Below are positions 9,398-18,831 of a stretch of DNA of 47,087 nt, piece by piece. How positions within the stretch are numbered: position 1 is the first letter of the stretch; each line of letters opens with the position of its first letter. Both the position numbers and the translations under genes were made by a program. The stretch lies in sequence record SRR22947725_2412. The stretch is one strand, 5' to 3'. Below the pieces are notes generated by a model. It was not told the origin of the DNA. It searched no databases and worked only from the letters and a program-made list of their open reading frames with translations.

Positions 9398-10156
9398 ATG
9401 TCCTTTTACCTGAAAAAATTTATTAGTGGTTTTATACAGCCTTTATCTCTTTGCTTTATTCTTCTCGGAATCGGCCTGTATTTTTTATTTAAGAAAGAAC
9501 CTTCCCTACCTAAAGCCAAAAAGTTCCTAGCTTCTGGAACTCTCCTTCTCTTCTTCTTTAGCTGGAGCCCGCTGAGTAGTCTCTATCTTGCACCATTTGA
9601 AAATCACTACCCCACCCATTTAGAGAAAAGTCAGAGTAACTACAAATATATTGCAATTCTAAGCTCGGGCCACACCGATGACGAACGCCTACCAGTTACC
9701 GAGCAACAAGGAACTCAGAGCTTATACAGGCTTATTGAAGGAGTACGCCTACAAAAGCTCTACCCTGAAGCAAAACTCATTTTCAGTGGCTATAGCTATC
9801 TTGGGCAAAAACAAAACTCTACAGTTTCAAAAGAAGCGGCCATTTTACTCGGAGCTGATCCCGAGCGAATCATCACTCTTTTCAATACCCGTGATACTAT
9901 TGAAGAAGCCATCGCCATCAAAAAAGAAGTTGGAGACACGCCTATTCTTTTAGTAACTTCTGCTTCGCATATGACTCGCAGTATGGGACTATTTACCAAA
10001 CAAGGAATTAGAGCGACAGCGGCGCCATGTGAGTTTAACAATAAAGGTAAAGTTGACCTTTTAGTACGACCAGATGCTGGAGGTCTCTATAAATCTCAAC
10101 GTGCCATCCACGAAACTGCCGGGTGTATTTGGGCCTGGCTAAGAGGTCATCTCTAA
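9398..10156 (+). CDS. elyC: Envelope biogenesis factor ElyC (YdcF/DUF218 family)
   Basis: Two N-terminal TM helices, RLIEGVRL, IFSG, DTIEEA, LVTSASHMTRS, IHETAG. Confidence 0.88.
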   Translation: MSFYLKKFISGFIQPLSLCFILLGIGLYFLFKKEPSLPKAKKFLASGTLLLFFFSWSPLSSLYLAPFENHYPTHLEKSQSNYKYIAILSSGHTDDERLPVTEQQGTQSLYRLIEGVRLQKLYPEAKLIFSGYSYLGQKQNSTVSKEAAILLGADPERIITLFNTRDTIEEAIAIKKEVGDTPILLVTSASHMTRSMGLFTKQGIRATAAPCEFNNKGKVDLLVRPDAGGLYKSQRAIHETAGCIWAWLRGHL

Positions 10157-12258
10157 AACTTATACTCTAGTGTCAAAGAAAAGGCCGCGGCTTCATTGCG
10201 GTAGGTATCCATCAAAAAGAGATGATTCCTCTTATTATAATCATCATCAAGCCAACCGAGAACATTATGAGCATTTGCTTGTATACGCCATTTCTCAGTT
10301 GGCTTATACTCAAGGCCTAAATTAACAAAAACACTGGCCCTAAAAGCCTTATCTGAACCCTCGGTTAAAGTTATGTTATCCCAACCCAATTCTTCACGAT
10401 TATAATCCGCATAATCCTCAGCCCCTGGATAACCCCAATAAAAAACCGCCGAAGCCATCGCCGTCCATTTTGAATTCAAATAATACTCTCCATAGAGCTT
10501 ACTTATATGGTTAGACCAATGCGCAAGGTCGTCTCCATAGCCATAAGGTGAGGCCGAAGTTACAGGCGTTGTCACGTTATCGTTGGCTAAGTCAAAGTCA
10601 TCCATTTTTGTCCAGGCATGAGAAAATAAAATCTTCATCACATCGCTTTGATATTCTGCTTCAAATTCCAAGCCAAATAGATTTAAATCACCAAGAGGGA
10701 TATTTGCCTGAGCTCCGCTATCATAACCAATGACTTCTTGCATTGAGTAAAATGCCGAAAAACTTAATTGTAAATTGTCCGTAGCTTGCCGCATATAACG
10801 GAATTCAAAATTATCAACAGTTTCTGTCTGATCAGATTCACTACGTGTATACAAGTACTCTGTCCTTAAAAAGTAATCTGAAGTACGACGAACTGAACGA
10901 TTGTAAATAAACTTCAAAGTATCTTTTTCAGACGGCGTGTACACAAAAGCTTGCCTAGGGGACCAAGTCAGCTCAGAATAAGAATGTTTATCGGCTCGAA
11001 GACCGGTAAAACTGGTAAGGTCACTATTTAAACGCCACTGCTGCTCTAAAAAGAGTGCCCACGTCCGCGAGTCCCAACTTTTATCATCAGGCACAAACTT
11101 GGCATCTTCATCAGGAAAGCCGTCCGGTTGCCGACCAAATTGATCAAAGGAATACTCACTTCCAACCGCAAACTCATGAGCGGCATTCGGCGTCCAGTTC
11201 AGCTGTAATCTAAATTGAAGTTTCTGTTCTCTGTTATTAACATCAGTTTTTTCTGATTCATAGTTTCTCGTTCTGTAACGATCATAAATATCATAACTAA
11301 CCATAGCCTCTAATTCCCACTCGCGTGACAATTCTCTCCTAAACTGAGTCGCCAAAGTCAATTGTTCATAACCAGCGCCAAAATATTTCAAGGGCTCCGA
11401 CTTATTGACAAACTCGCGAATCCCCGTCTCGCGTTGCCCCCCTTGCGTATAACGAATCCAGAAATCTAGATCTTCGACATTGTACTCCATGTAAAGCTTT
11501 AACCGTGGGCGGTCTCTAAAGGATTCTTTATCGTTTCTAAAGTGAATACCTGTATTGCTATTGGGGGATGCCCCATTAACTGTCGTACCAAACTGCACTG
11601 AAGAATCACTAATATCACTGCCATGATAGCGGTCACCGCCTGCATAAATAAAAAGACCTGTATCATCATTAAACTTATGCCCGAGCTTCATTTCAAATGT
11701 CGAAAAATCTTCTACAAAACCTTGCCGAAAACTTACTTCACTGCCTTCAAAGGTTCGACTATTATAAGTGTAAATACTGATAACACCGGCAATTGCTCCT
11801 GGACCGTAAGTTGCTGAACCTGGACCGCGAACAACGTCTATGTGATGTATATCACCAAGCATTGATAATTTAAATTCGCTGTCAGCACCATACAAGGTAC
11901 GATGATTCATAACCCGCCCATTAACAAGTAATAAAACCTTGTCATTCAAATCACTGAGGGCACCCCGAAAACCCATATTATTACCGGCAAAATGGTGTCT
12001 TAAGTTCTGATAATTAGGTACATATATTTCCAGCAGCTCTTCAAGATTACGAGCTCCTGAGCGCTGAATCATCTTACTGGTAATACGGGTGACTGCAGCT
12101 GGACTACGACGAATATCTGTTTTGGTTAATGTCGCTGCTGTATCAACTTCGATATTGCGCAATTCCTCAATATCCAAGTCCAATAGCTCTTGCCCCTGCA
12201 CATAGAATACAGACAAAAATACGAACATTACAAAATATTTAAACATAGAAACTGCCAC
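10153..12258 (-). CDS. TonB-dependent outer-membrane receptor
   Basis: Signal peptide; plug domain (PAAVTRIT, VLLLVNGR, IDVVRGPGSATYGPGAIAGVI); amphipathic beta-strands; C-terminal LEYKF. Confidence 0.92.
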   Translation of the reverse strand: MAVSMFKYFVMFVFLSVFYVQGQELLDLDIEELRNIEVDTAATLTKTDIRRSPAAVTRITSKMIQRSGARNLEELLEIYVPNYQNLRHHFAGNNMGFRGALSDLNDKVLLLVNGRVMNHRTLYGADSEFKLSMLGDIHHIDVVRGPGSATYGPGAIAGVISIYTYNSRTFEGSEVSFRQGFVEDFSTFEMKLGHKFNDDTGLFIYAGGDRYHGSDISDSSVQFGTTVNGASPNSNTGIHFRNDKESFRDRPRLKLYMEYNVEDLDFWIRYTQGGQRETGIREFVNKSEPLKYFGAGYEQLTLATQFRRELSREWELEAMVSYDIYDRYRTRNYESEKTDVNNREQKLQFRLQLNWTPNAAHEFAVGSEYSFDQFGRQPDGFPDEDAKFVPDDKSWDSRTWALFLEQQWRLNSDLTSFTGLRADKHSYSELTWSPRQAFVYTPSEKDTLKFIYNRSVRRTSDYFLRTEYLYTRSESDQTETVDNFEFRYMRQATDNLQLSFSAFYSMQEVIGYDSGAQANIPLGDLNLFGLEFEAEYQSDVMKILFSHAWTKMDDFDLANDNVTTPVTSASPYGYGDDLAHWSNHISKLYGEYYLNSKWTAMASAVFYWGYPGAEDYADYNREELGWDNITLTEGSDKAFRASVFVNLGLEYKPTEKWRIQANAHNVLGWLDDDYNKRNHLFLMDTYRNEAAAFSLTLEYKF

Positions 12259-12406
12259 ATACCCTTAAAACTTAAATACTATACAAATATAAAGTTTTTT
12301 GGGGGCTTATGCCATGATTTTAAGGGAAATTCAAATATTAAGCTCATATAACTTCAAGTTGATGAATTTAAGACTAAAAAGCTTAATAAAAAAGACAGCA
12401 ATCTAA

Positions 12407-13741
12407 CTATGAATCGAAGTTGTCGAGATCTTCTTCGGTAATTTCCCAACGACCGGCAAAGTGTTTTTCAAAGAGTTCCAGCAAACGCGGCTGCTCTGTC
12501 TCTTCCATCGTATGAGGGTCAAGCAAAACTGTATCTTTCAAACAAAGGCGAATTACATCGTCCATATCGAGATTTTTCTCAGTCTTTTTCACCATATGAA
12601 TCTTGGCATTTGTCGCTGCTTTCTTAGGGGCAAAAGTCGTACAGCTATCTGCTGCTGGAATATTGGAAGTTTCTAGAGTTCCAATTTTTTCTGCCATGGC
12701 AATCGTTTCATTCTTATCCATACTGACAAGGGGCCTTAAAATCAGCATATCTGTCGCGAGGTTGATGCAATTCATATTAGCCAATGTTTGACTGGCAACC
12801 TGAGCAACTGCCTCCCCGGTCAATAAAGCCTTTGACTTCAACATCCGTGCAACGACCGTCGCTATACGCATCATCATACGCCGATAGAGAACTGTTCTCA
12901 TCTTTGGATAACAGCGATCGCGAATCATCTTCTGAGCCTCGACTAAATTACAAGAAAAGAGCTTGCCTGGATGATCCTGATACTCATCACAGATATTCAC
13001 CAATTTACCAATTTTTTCCAAACTGTCTTTAGAGGTATAAGGGTGACTGTGAAAAGTTAGATAATCGACATGACTGCCTCGCTGCATGGCGCGATTACAG
13101 GCGACTGGAGAATCAATACCACCAGACATCAATGATAGAACCTTGTCGCTACTACCAACAGGTAAGCCTTTAGGGCCCGGTAAAGTTTCAAAGAAAATAA
13201 ACGCCGTTTCTTCACGAACTTCTAAACCAATCTCAAGTTCAGGATTACCTAAATCAACCTTTAAATTACTCCAACGTCCAAGAAGTTCTTCTGCCAGCAT
13301 AATTTCCATTTCATTGGAAGTATAAGGGAATTTTTTAAAACTACGGCGAGAGCGAGTTCTGTAAGTAATAAAATCGCCTTCTTTACACTGAGCGTTGTGA
13401 ACCTCGTAGACTCCAGGGATATGCTCCATGATCGTCTCATAAATCTCTTCCCAATCCGTATCAACCTGAAAGCCGGGAGAGTAAGATTCGAGGCCAAAAA
13501 CTTTTGCTAATTCACAGCGAATTAAATCTAATTCTTCTTCGGTAAATGGCGAATCGTCCTGATGAAGTAAGGCAAAGCGACCGCGGTCTTTATAAAAAGA
13601 TAAATTGGGAATGTCTTTCAATTTTGTGCGGATATTATCCAACAACTGACGCTCAAACATCCAGCGGTTACCGCCTTTAATACCAATTTCGTTGTAGCGT
13701 AATAATATGACGTCAAAGGGTGCTTTATACTGATACTTCAT
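12407..13741 (-). CDS. thiI: tRNA 4-thiouridine synthase ThiI, no rhodanese domain
   Basis: RYNEIGIKGGNR, THUMP region, PP-loop SGGIDSPVA, GEAVAQVASQT, LRPL, DSC. Confidence 0.95.
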   Translation of the reverse strand: MKYQYKAPFDVILLRYNEIGIKGGNRWMFERQLLDNIRTKLKDIPNLSFYKDRGRFALLHQDDSPFTEEELDLIRCELAKVFGLESYSPGFQVDTDWEEIYETIMEHIPGVYEVHNAQCKEGDFITYRTRSRRSFKKFPYTSNEMEIMLAEELLGRWSNLKVDLGNPELEIGLEVREETAFIFFETLPGPKGLPVGSSDKVLSLMSGGIDSPVACNRAMQRGSHVDYLTFHSHPYTSKDSLEKIGKLVNICDEYQDHPGKLFSCNLVEAQKMIRDRCYPKMRTVLYRRMMMRIATVVARMLKSKALLTGEAVAQVASQTLANMNCINLATDMLILRPLVSMDKNETIAMAEKIGTLETSNIPAADSCTTFAPKKAATNAKIHMVKKTEKNLDMDDVIRLCLKDTVLLDPHTMEETEQPRLLELFEKHFAGRWEITEEDLDNFDS

Positions 13742-13824
13742 GATTTCTTATGTCTATGTAAATTGATTTATGGAATCACACTTATAAGGCGGATTCTCTA
13801 TTATGGCATATGCCAATGTCTTTA

Positions 13825-14157
13825 TTAAATTGAAAAAGACTCACCGCAACCACAAGTGTTGGTCGCATTAGGATTTTGAAAAACGAAACCTTTACCATCC
13901 AGTCCACCTTGGTGGTCTAGCTGAATGCCTTTCAAGTAGATGGTACTTTTGGGGTCAAGATAAATTTTAAAATCAGTCGCCTCGATGACATTATCTCTTT
14001 CCTTCTCAAAATCAAAAGTCAAAGAATATGAAAAACCTGAACAGCCGCCACCTTTAACGCCAAGACGAAGACCTTTACCTTCCTCTTCCTGACCTAACAA
14101 CTCTTTTACTTTTTCGATTGCAGCGCCAGTCAAACTAATTAGATCTGTTTCACTCAT
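13825..14157 (-). CDS. iscA: A-type Fe-S carrier (IscA/SufA/ErpA, HesB family)
   Basis: GVKGGGCSGFSY and NPNATNTCGCGESF. Confidence 0.93.
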   Translation of the reverse strand: MSETDLISLTGAAIEKVKELLGQEEEGKGLRLGVKGGGCSGFSYSLTFDFEKERDNVIEATDFKIYLDPKSTIYLKGIQLDHQGGLDGKGFVFQNPNATNTCGCGESFSI

Positions 14158-14735
14158 AGCAAAGCCCCTTCTTCTATGGTTTCCACTTCAACTTCAGGAT
14201 CAAACTCATCCTTCAAGAAATTTTTAATCGCCATCAATGTTCCCAAGCTCGAACTTGGACAAGTTGTACATGCACCTTGATACTGTACGTAAACAACCTT
14301 TTTCTCTTCGTCATAACGACGCACGACTATATCGCCACCGTCACCTTGCAAGCCCGGACGGATAGTCCGATCTAAAATCTCTTCTATTTGACGTACTTTT
14401 TCTGGCAATTGTGCACGGCGTTCGTCTTCATCGATGCCTTCTTTGAAATCTGGATTATGGTCAGCAATTAAATCTTGAACCAACTCAATAACATCATCCT
14501 CGATATCATCCCAATCACCATCGCCATTTTGAGAAACGGTAATAACATTTTCAAAAAAGTGCAACTTCGTGACTGTTGGTATGCGAAACAGTTCTTTTGC
14601 CATCGGATTCTTTTCACATTCATCCGGGCCATTATAAGTGACTTTACCTTTAGTTTTGACATCTTTATTAAAGATAAATTTCATCGCCAAAGGGTTTGGC
14701 GTCGGCTGCACAAAGTATTTTAAATCAATCGCCAT
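14154..14735 (-). CDS. Nfu-type Fe-S carrier with Nfu_N domain
   Basis: PTPNPLAMKF (Nfu_N); IRPGLQGDGGD and GACTTCPSS (NifU C-terminal CxxC). Confidence 0.92.
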   Translation of the reverse strand: MAIDLKYFVQPTPNPLAMKFIFNKDVKTKGKVTYNGPDECEKNPMAKELFRIPTVTKLHFFENVITVSQNGDGDWDDIEDDVIELVQDLIADHNPDFKEGIDEDERRAQLPEKVRQIEEILDRTIRPGLQGDGGDIVVRRYDEEKKVVYVQYQGACTTCPSSSLGTLMAIKNFLKDEFDPEVEVETIEEGALL

Positions 14736-14740
14736 AATTA

Positions 14741-15196
14741 TTACTCCGTTGACACAACATCTTTATTATCAAGAGCTGCCTTTGCCGTATGCCATGACAA
14801 AGATGCACATTTAACACGAGCTGGATATTCCCAAATACCTGAAAAAATCGTTAGCTTACCTAATTGGTGCTCGTCTTTATCGGGATTCAATTTACCCGTC
14901 ACTAACTTGTGATATTGCTCAAAGAGTTCTTCTGCATGCTCAAGAGATTTACCCTTCAAAGCTTCTGTCATCATCGACGCAGCTGATTTTGAAATGGCAC
15001 ATCCACTTCCCTGAAAAGAGATATCGGCAATATTATTATCGGCATCAACCGTCAGATAAAGGTTGAGGTTATCACCACAAAGCGGGTTATGTCCTTCGGC
15101 ATAATGACTTGGAGTCTCAATAACGCGAAAGTTTTTCGGGTTCTTATTATGAGACAAAATCATCTGCTGATAGAGTTCACGCATTTCACTATTCAT
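14741..15196 (-). CDS. sufU: SUF-system sulfur acceptor SufU
   Basis: ELYQQMILSH, NPLCGD, GSGCAIS, RVKCA; directly follows sufS. Confidence 0.95.
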   Translation of the reverse strand: MNSEMRELYQQMILSHNKNPKNFRVIETPSHYAEGHNPLCGDNLNLYLTVDADNNIADISFQGSGCAISKSAASMMTEALKGKSLEHAEELFEQYHKLVTGKLNPDKDEHQLGKLTIFSGIWEYPARVKCASLSWHTAKAALDNKDVVSTE

Positions 15197-16425
15197 GAAA
15201 ACATTTCCTTAATCTTAGTAATCGTCTCCGCCAAACGATCAAAATCTTCTTTAGTATTATAGATGGAGAATGAAGCTCGAGCTGTAGCTGGGATTCCAAA
15301 ATGCTTCATCACCGGTTGAGCGCAGTGGTGACCCGTGCGGATAGCAATACCATCCTGATCGACCAAAGTCCCGATATCGTGAGGATGAACGTCATCCATC
15401 CAGAAAGAAATAACTCCGGCTTTATTATCGGCGGATCCAATAATTCTCAAACCATCAATAGCTGACAGCTTTGCCGTACCATACGCCAAGAGCTCATCTT
15501 CAATTTGCTGAATCGCCGGCCAACCTACCTGATTGATGTAGTCTATAGCCGCACCCAGTCCGATCACTCCGGCGATATTCGGAGTTCCTGCCTCTAACCT
15601 AGCTGGCAGTTTATTATAAATTGTCTTTTCAAAAGTCACCGACAAAATCATGTCACCACCGCCTTTCCACGGAGGTAACTTCTCAAGAATATCTTTCTTG
15701 CCGTATAAAACACCTACACCAGTTGGTCCAAACATTTTATGGCCAGAAAAAACCATAAATTCGCAATCCAATTTTTGAACGTCCAATGGGCAGTGCGCCA
15801 CAGTTTGAGCGGCATCGATTAATACCGGAACCTCTAAGGCATGCGCGGCATCAATCATTTTTTTAACGGGGTTAATAGTTCCAAGAGCATTTGAGATATA
15901 AACCACTGATAAAAACTTAGTCTTATCTGTTAATAAGCGCTCAAACTCTTCATAAATCATTTCCCCTTTATCATTGAGGGGTACAACTTTCAAAACTGCG
16001 CCCGTTTGCTCACATAGCATTTGCCAAGGTACAATATTTGAATGATGCTCCATACCAGTTATCAGTATTTCATCACCAGGCTGGAAAGACTTACCATAGG
16101 TATTACTCACTAGGTTTATAGACTCGGTCGTACCACTAGTAAATATAATCTCAGCGGTTTCCTGAGCATTTATAAAAGCACGTACTTTTTCGCGGCTAGC
16201 TTCGTAATCTTTGGTTGCTTCTTCACTTAATTTATGAACGCCTCGATGAATATTCGATGCTTCCATTAAATAGTGTTGAGCTATGCGGTCTGCGACTACT
16301 TGGGGTTTTAATGTGGTGGCGGCATTATCCAGATAAGCAAGGGGCTTACCATGAATTTCCTGCTTCAAAATGGGGAAATCTTCAATGATCTTCTGTTGAT
16401 CCATAAGTAATTCTGCTGTCGGCAT
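15193..16425 (-). CDS. sufS: Cysteine desulfurase SufS (type II)
   Basis: YLDNAATT, MEHHSNIVPW, SGHKMFGPTG (PLP Lys), EAGTP, RTGHHCAQP. Confidence 0.97.
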   Translation of the reverse strand: MPTAELLMDQQKIIEDFPILKQEIHGKPLAYLDNAATTLKPQVVADRIAQHYLMEASNIHRGVHKLSEEATKDYEASREKVRAFINAQETAEIIFTSGTTESINLVSNTYGKSFQPGDEILITGMEHHSNIVPWQMLCEQTGAVLKVVPLNDKGEMIYEEFERLLTDKTKFLSVVYISNALGTINPVKKMIDAAHALEVPVLIDAAQTVAHCPLDVQKLDCEFMVFSGHKMFGPTGVGVLYGKKDILEKLPPWKGGGDMILSVTFEKTIYNKLPARLEAGTPNIAGVIGLGAAIDYINQVGWPAIQQIEDELLAYGTAKLSAIDGLRIIGSADNKAGVISFWMDDVHPHDIGTLVDQDGIAIRTGHHCAQPVMKHFGIPATARASFSIYNTKEDFDRLAETITKIKEMFS

Positions 16426-16522
16426 TTGCAGCCTCTAAAATATCAATATAAATAGTTCATGTTAAACGCGGTTCAGACATATAGTCACCTTCACAACAAA
16501 TGCAAGTTGTGCTCACGGCTTA

Positions 16523-16547
16523 AAATAAGACATTTTTTGACTTATTT
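16523..16547. promoter_or_regulatory. 25-bp inverted repeat, candidate repressor operator between divergent sufS and MGMT
   Basis: AAATAAGACA-TTTTT-TGACTTATTT, 9 of 10 arm positions complementary. Confidence 0.5.
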
Positions 16548-16643
16548 AAATAGAGAAGTTAAAATTCTTTTATTTTTGATCAAAAAGAGGCCTTTCAAAG
16601 TAGGTCAAAGCAATGCATTTTATAAAAAAGGCTAAAGGTTATT

Positions 16644-16958
16644 ATGAAGGCTACTGAGTTGAGTTTTAAAGAAAAATGCTACGAAGTTCTAAAGCAAGTC
16701 CCTCAAGGAAAAGTGACTACTTATCAGGAAATAGCTAAAGCCCTTGGCTCCAAAGCTAACCGAGCTGTCGGCACTGCTATGGCCCAAAATAAAAAGCTCA
16801 TTGTCATTCCCTGTCACCGCGTCGTTTGTAGTGACGGAAGAATTGGCCAATACGTCAATGGCAGTGATGAAAAAATCGCCTTACTCAGAAAGGAAGGAGT
16901 CTTTATTGAAAATGGCAAAGTCAAAGACTTTAGCAAGAGCCTTCATCTGTTTAAATAG
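16644..16958 (+). CDS. ogt: Minimal O6-methylguanine-DNA methyltransferase (MGMT C-terminal domain only)
   Basis: VPQGKVTTY, RAVGTA, active-site IPCHRVV, KIALLRKEG. Confidence 0.88.
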   Translation: MKATELSFKEKCYEVLKQVPQGKVTTYQEIAKALGSKANRAVGTAMAQNKKLIVIPCHRVVCSDGRIGQYVNGSDEKIALLRKEGVFIENGKVKDFSKSLHLFK

Positions 16959-16961
16959 GGC

Positions 16962-17699
16962 TTACTCTTTTTGGGCAATAAAAAGGATACTGTCACACTC
17001 ATCCGATGACCGACCTTTAAATTCGCGATCGTTCCATTCAAGGACTTTAAACCCACAGCGGTAGAGCTCTTCATCGAGTTCATCCTTATACCAAGTTTGT
17101 AAATCCCACTCTTCGACGATCTTCTCCTCATCATTTTGATACCACTTATCCACCATATGATAAATACCAAAATCTCCAGGCGATGCTTTAGAATGACGCT
17201 TCCAGCCGCTAGATTCATCTATGGCTGAAATAAAAAAATCTGGCGGTAAACAGCCAGGCTGCTCTAAAAAAGAACGGCTATCGACATCCCCGATAAACAA
17301 GCCTCCTGCCGGTAAGATCTTATGAAAGTTTTTTGCGGCCTGATGAAATAAATCTTTACTTAAGTGCCCTAGAGCATTATATAAAGTTATGACTGCATCT
17401 GCCTTTACATCACAAGGTATAGTCATATCGCTCTGAAAAAAATCTATATGCAATTCGCAGGCTTTTTGACGCGCCAAATTGAGCATATGCGGGCTTATAT
17501 CTGAAGCCATCATATGAAAACCGGCTTCTGCTAATGGAATAGCTTGCGCCCCAGTCCCACAGGCGGCATCCCAAATATTTTCACAAGTGTGATCCTGTAA
17601 AACTTTAGCTACAGCACTGGTCATTTTTTGATTTAATTCTGATGAGAGCTCGAAAATGTCGTAGATATCGACAATTTTATCGTAATTGAATCTGAGCAT
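16962..17699 (-). CDS. Class I SAM-dependent methyltransferase
   Basis: Motif I DAACGTG, SDISPHML, SDM, NALGHL, LPAGGLF. Confidence 0.9.
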   Translation of the reverse strand: MLRFNYDKIVDIYDIFELSSELNQKMTSAVAKVLQDHTCENIWDAACGTGAQAIPLAEAGFHMMASDISPHMLNLARQKACELHIDFFQSDMTIPCDVKADAVITLYNALGHLSKDLFHQAAKNFHKILPAGGLFIGDVDSRSFLEQPGCLPPDFFISAIDESSGWKRHSKASPGDFGIYHMVDKWYQNDEEKIVEEWDLQTWYKDELDEELYRCGFKVLEWNDREFKGRSSDECDSILFIAQKE

Positions 17700-17761
17700 A
17701 TTCTTATTGATTTCCGCTTTTTTGACGTCACATTGCTAAAAATTTACGCAGGATTTAAACC

Positions 17762-18409
17762 ATGTCTGATTACTTAAGTCAACTAGACGACTTACTCCGC
17801 CAAAGAGTGGATGAACTTTCTGAGCAAATTCGCGGCTCGCATAATCCTCAAGCTCAAGTGCCAGCAATGCCCATGCTTTTGCAGGCAGCACTTAAAAATG
17901 AATGGGAAACGGCTCTTTTGACATCTCATTGGGTCACGACGGAAAAAGATGCTGATTTTCGCATCGAACTCAGTCGACTCGCTGGGGATGAAGCCAAGCA
18001 TTTTCAATTAATTGAAAAAAGACTTAATCAGCTTGGTGGCGAAAAAAACTGTGAAGGCCTCGACCAAAGAACTCCCCTTTTTGATTTTCTTATGAAACAG
18101 ACTACGACCTTCGACCGCGTTGTCAGTGGCCCCTATACCCGCGAGGCACTAGCGGTCACCCGCAATGTCGTCTTTTTGGAACACTGCAAATCTATCGATG
18201 ATTTTGACACCATTAGTCTTTACGATGAAATCCAAAATGACGAAGGTTTTCATCACCGCATTGGCCGCAAGTACTTGGAACGGCTCATTAAATGCGAAGA
18301 AGATTTCAATAAAGCCGTTGCTAAGATGTACGAAACCCTGCAAGTTGTCGATGACATCCAGGAAATGATTGTTATGAACAAAGGACTCTGCCGCATACCC
18401 GGATGCTAG
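17762..18409 (+). CDS. Ferritin-like diiron-carboxylate protein of unknown function
   Basis: Duplicated E...DExxH pattern: NEWE..DEAKH and TREA..DEGFHH; ends CRIPGC. Confidence 0.8.
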   Translation: MSDYLSQLDDLLRQRVDELSEQIRGSHNPQAQVPAMPMLLQAALKNEWETALLTSHWVTTEKDADFRIELSRLAGDEAKHFQLIEKRLNQLGGEKNCEGLDQRTPLFDFLMKQTTTFDRVVSGPYTREALAVTRNVVFLEHCKSIDDFDTISLYDEIQNDEGFHHRIGRKYLERLIKCEEDFNKAVAKMYETLQVVDDIQEMIVMNKGLCRIPGC

Positions 18410-18445
18410 ATTCAATTAAATAAAACACTTAAATGAGATGCTTTA

Positions 18446-18826
18446 ATGGCCAAAAAATTATCAAATAACGAAATACTTAAAAAGATCACCATCGCTCAGA
18501 ATTTGCGTCGAGGCGATGTCCAGCAAATTTTCGAATTAGCCGGTCATATGCTCAGCTTCAATCAGGTTGGCGCTTACTTACTAAGCTCAGACAACCGTAA
18601 ATACATGCCTCTAAGCCACGATTTACTTAGTGATTTTCTCGATAAAAACATCACCTATTCTCGTGGTACCAAAGAACAACCACTAATCCCACCTAAAGCC
18701 ATTCAAAATGTTATCCTCGACTTAGCTGAGCGTGACAATATTGACGGACTAGATAACATCGTCGACTGCGTTCGCTTAGCGAAAGAAGCCGTAATTCAGG
18801 CACGTAAGGATGAAGCTGGGGATTAA
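18446..18826 (+). CDS. DUF1456/YehS-like protein with C-terminal extension
   Basis: SNNEILKKI..A.NL....VQQIFELAG...NRKY...DLLSDFLD resembles one YehS repeat. Confidence 0.65.
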   Translation: MAKKLSNNEILKKITIAQNLRRGDVQQIFELAGHMLSFNQVGAYLLSSDNRKYMPLSHDLLSDFLDKNITYSRGTKEQPLIPPKAIQNVILDLAERDNIDGLDNIVDCVRLAKEAVIQARKDEAGD

Positions 18827-18831
18827 TCCGT

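Noticed and set aside
12407-13741. ThiI as a [4Fe-4S] enzyme because it neighbours Fe-S genes
   Set aside because: It lacks the CxxC of archaeal cluster-binding ThiI (reads RTVLYRR at that position)
13804-13815. Palindrome TGGCATATGCCA upstream of thiI as a sigma54 site or terminator
   Set aside because: No GC at -12 on either strand; too short and lacks a U-tract
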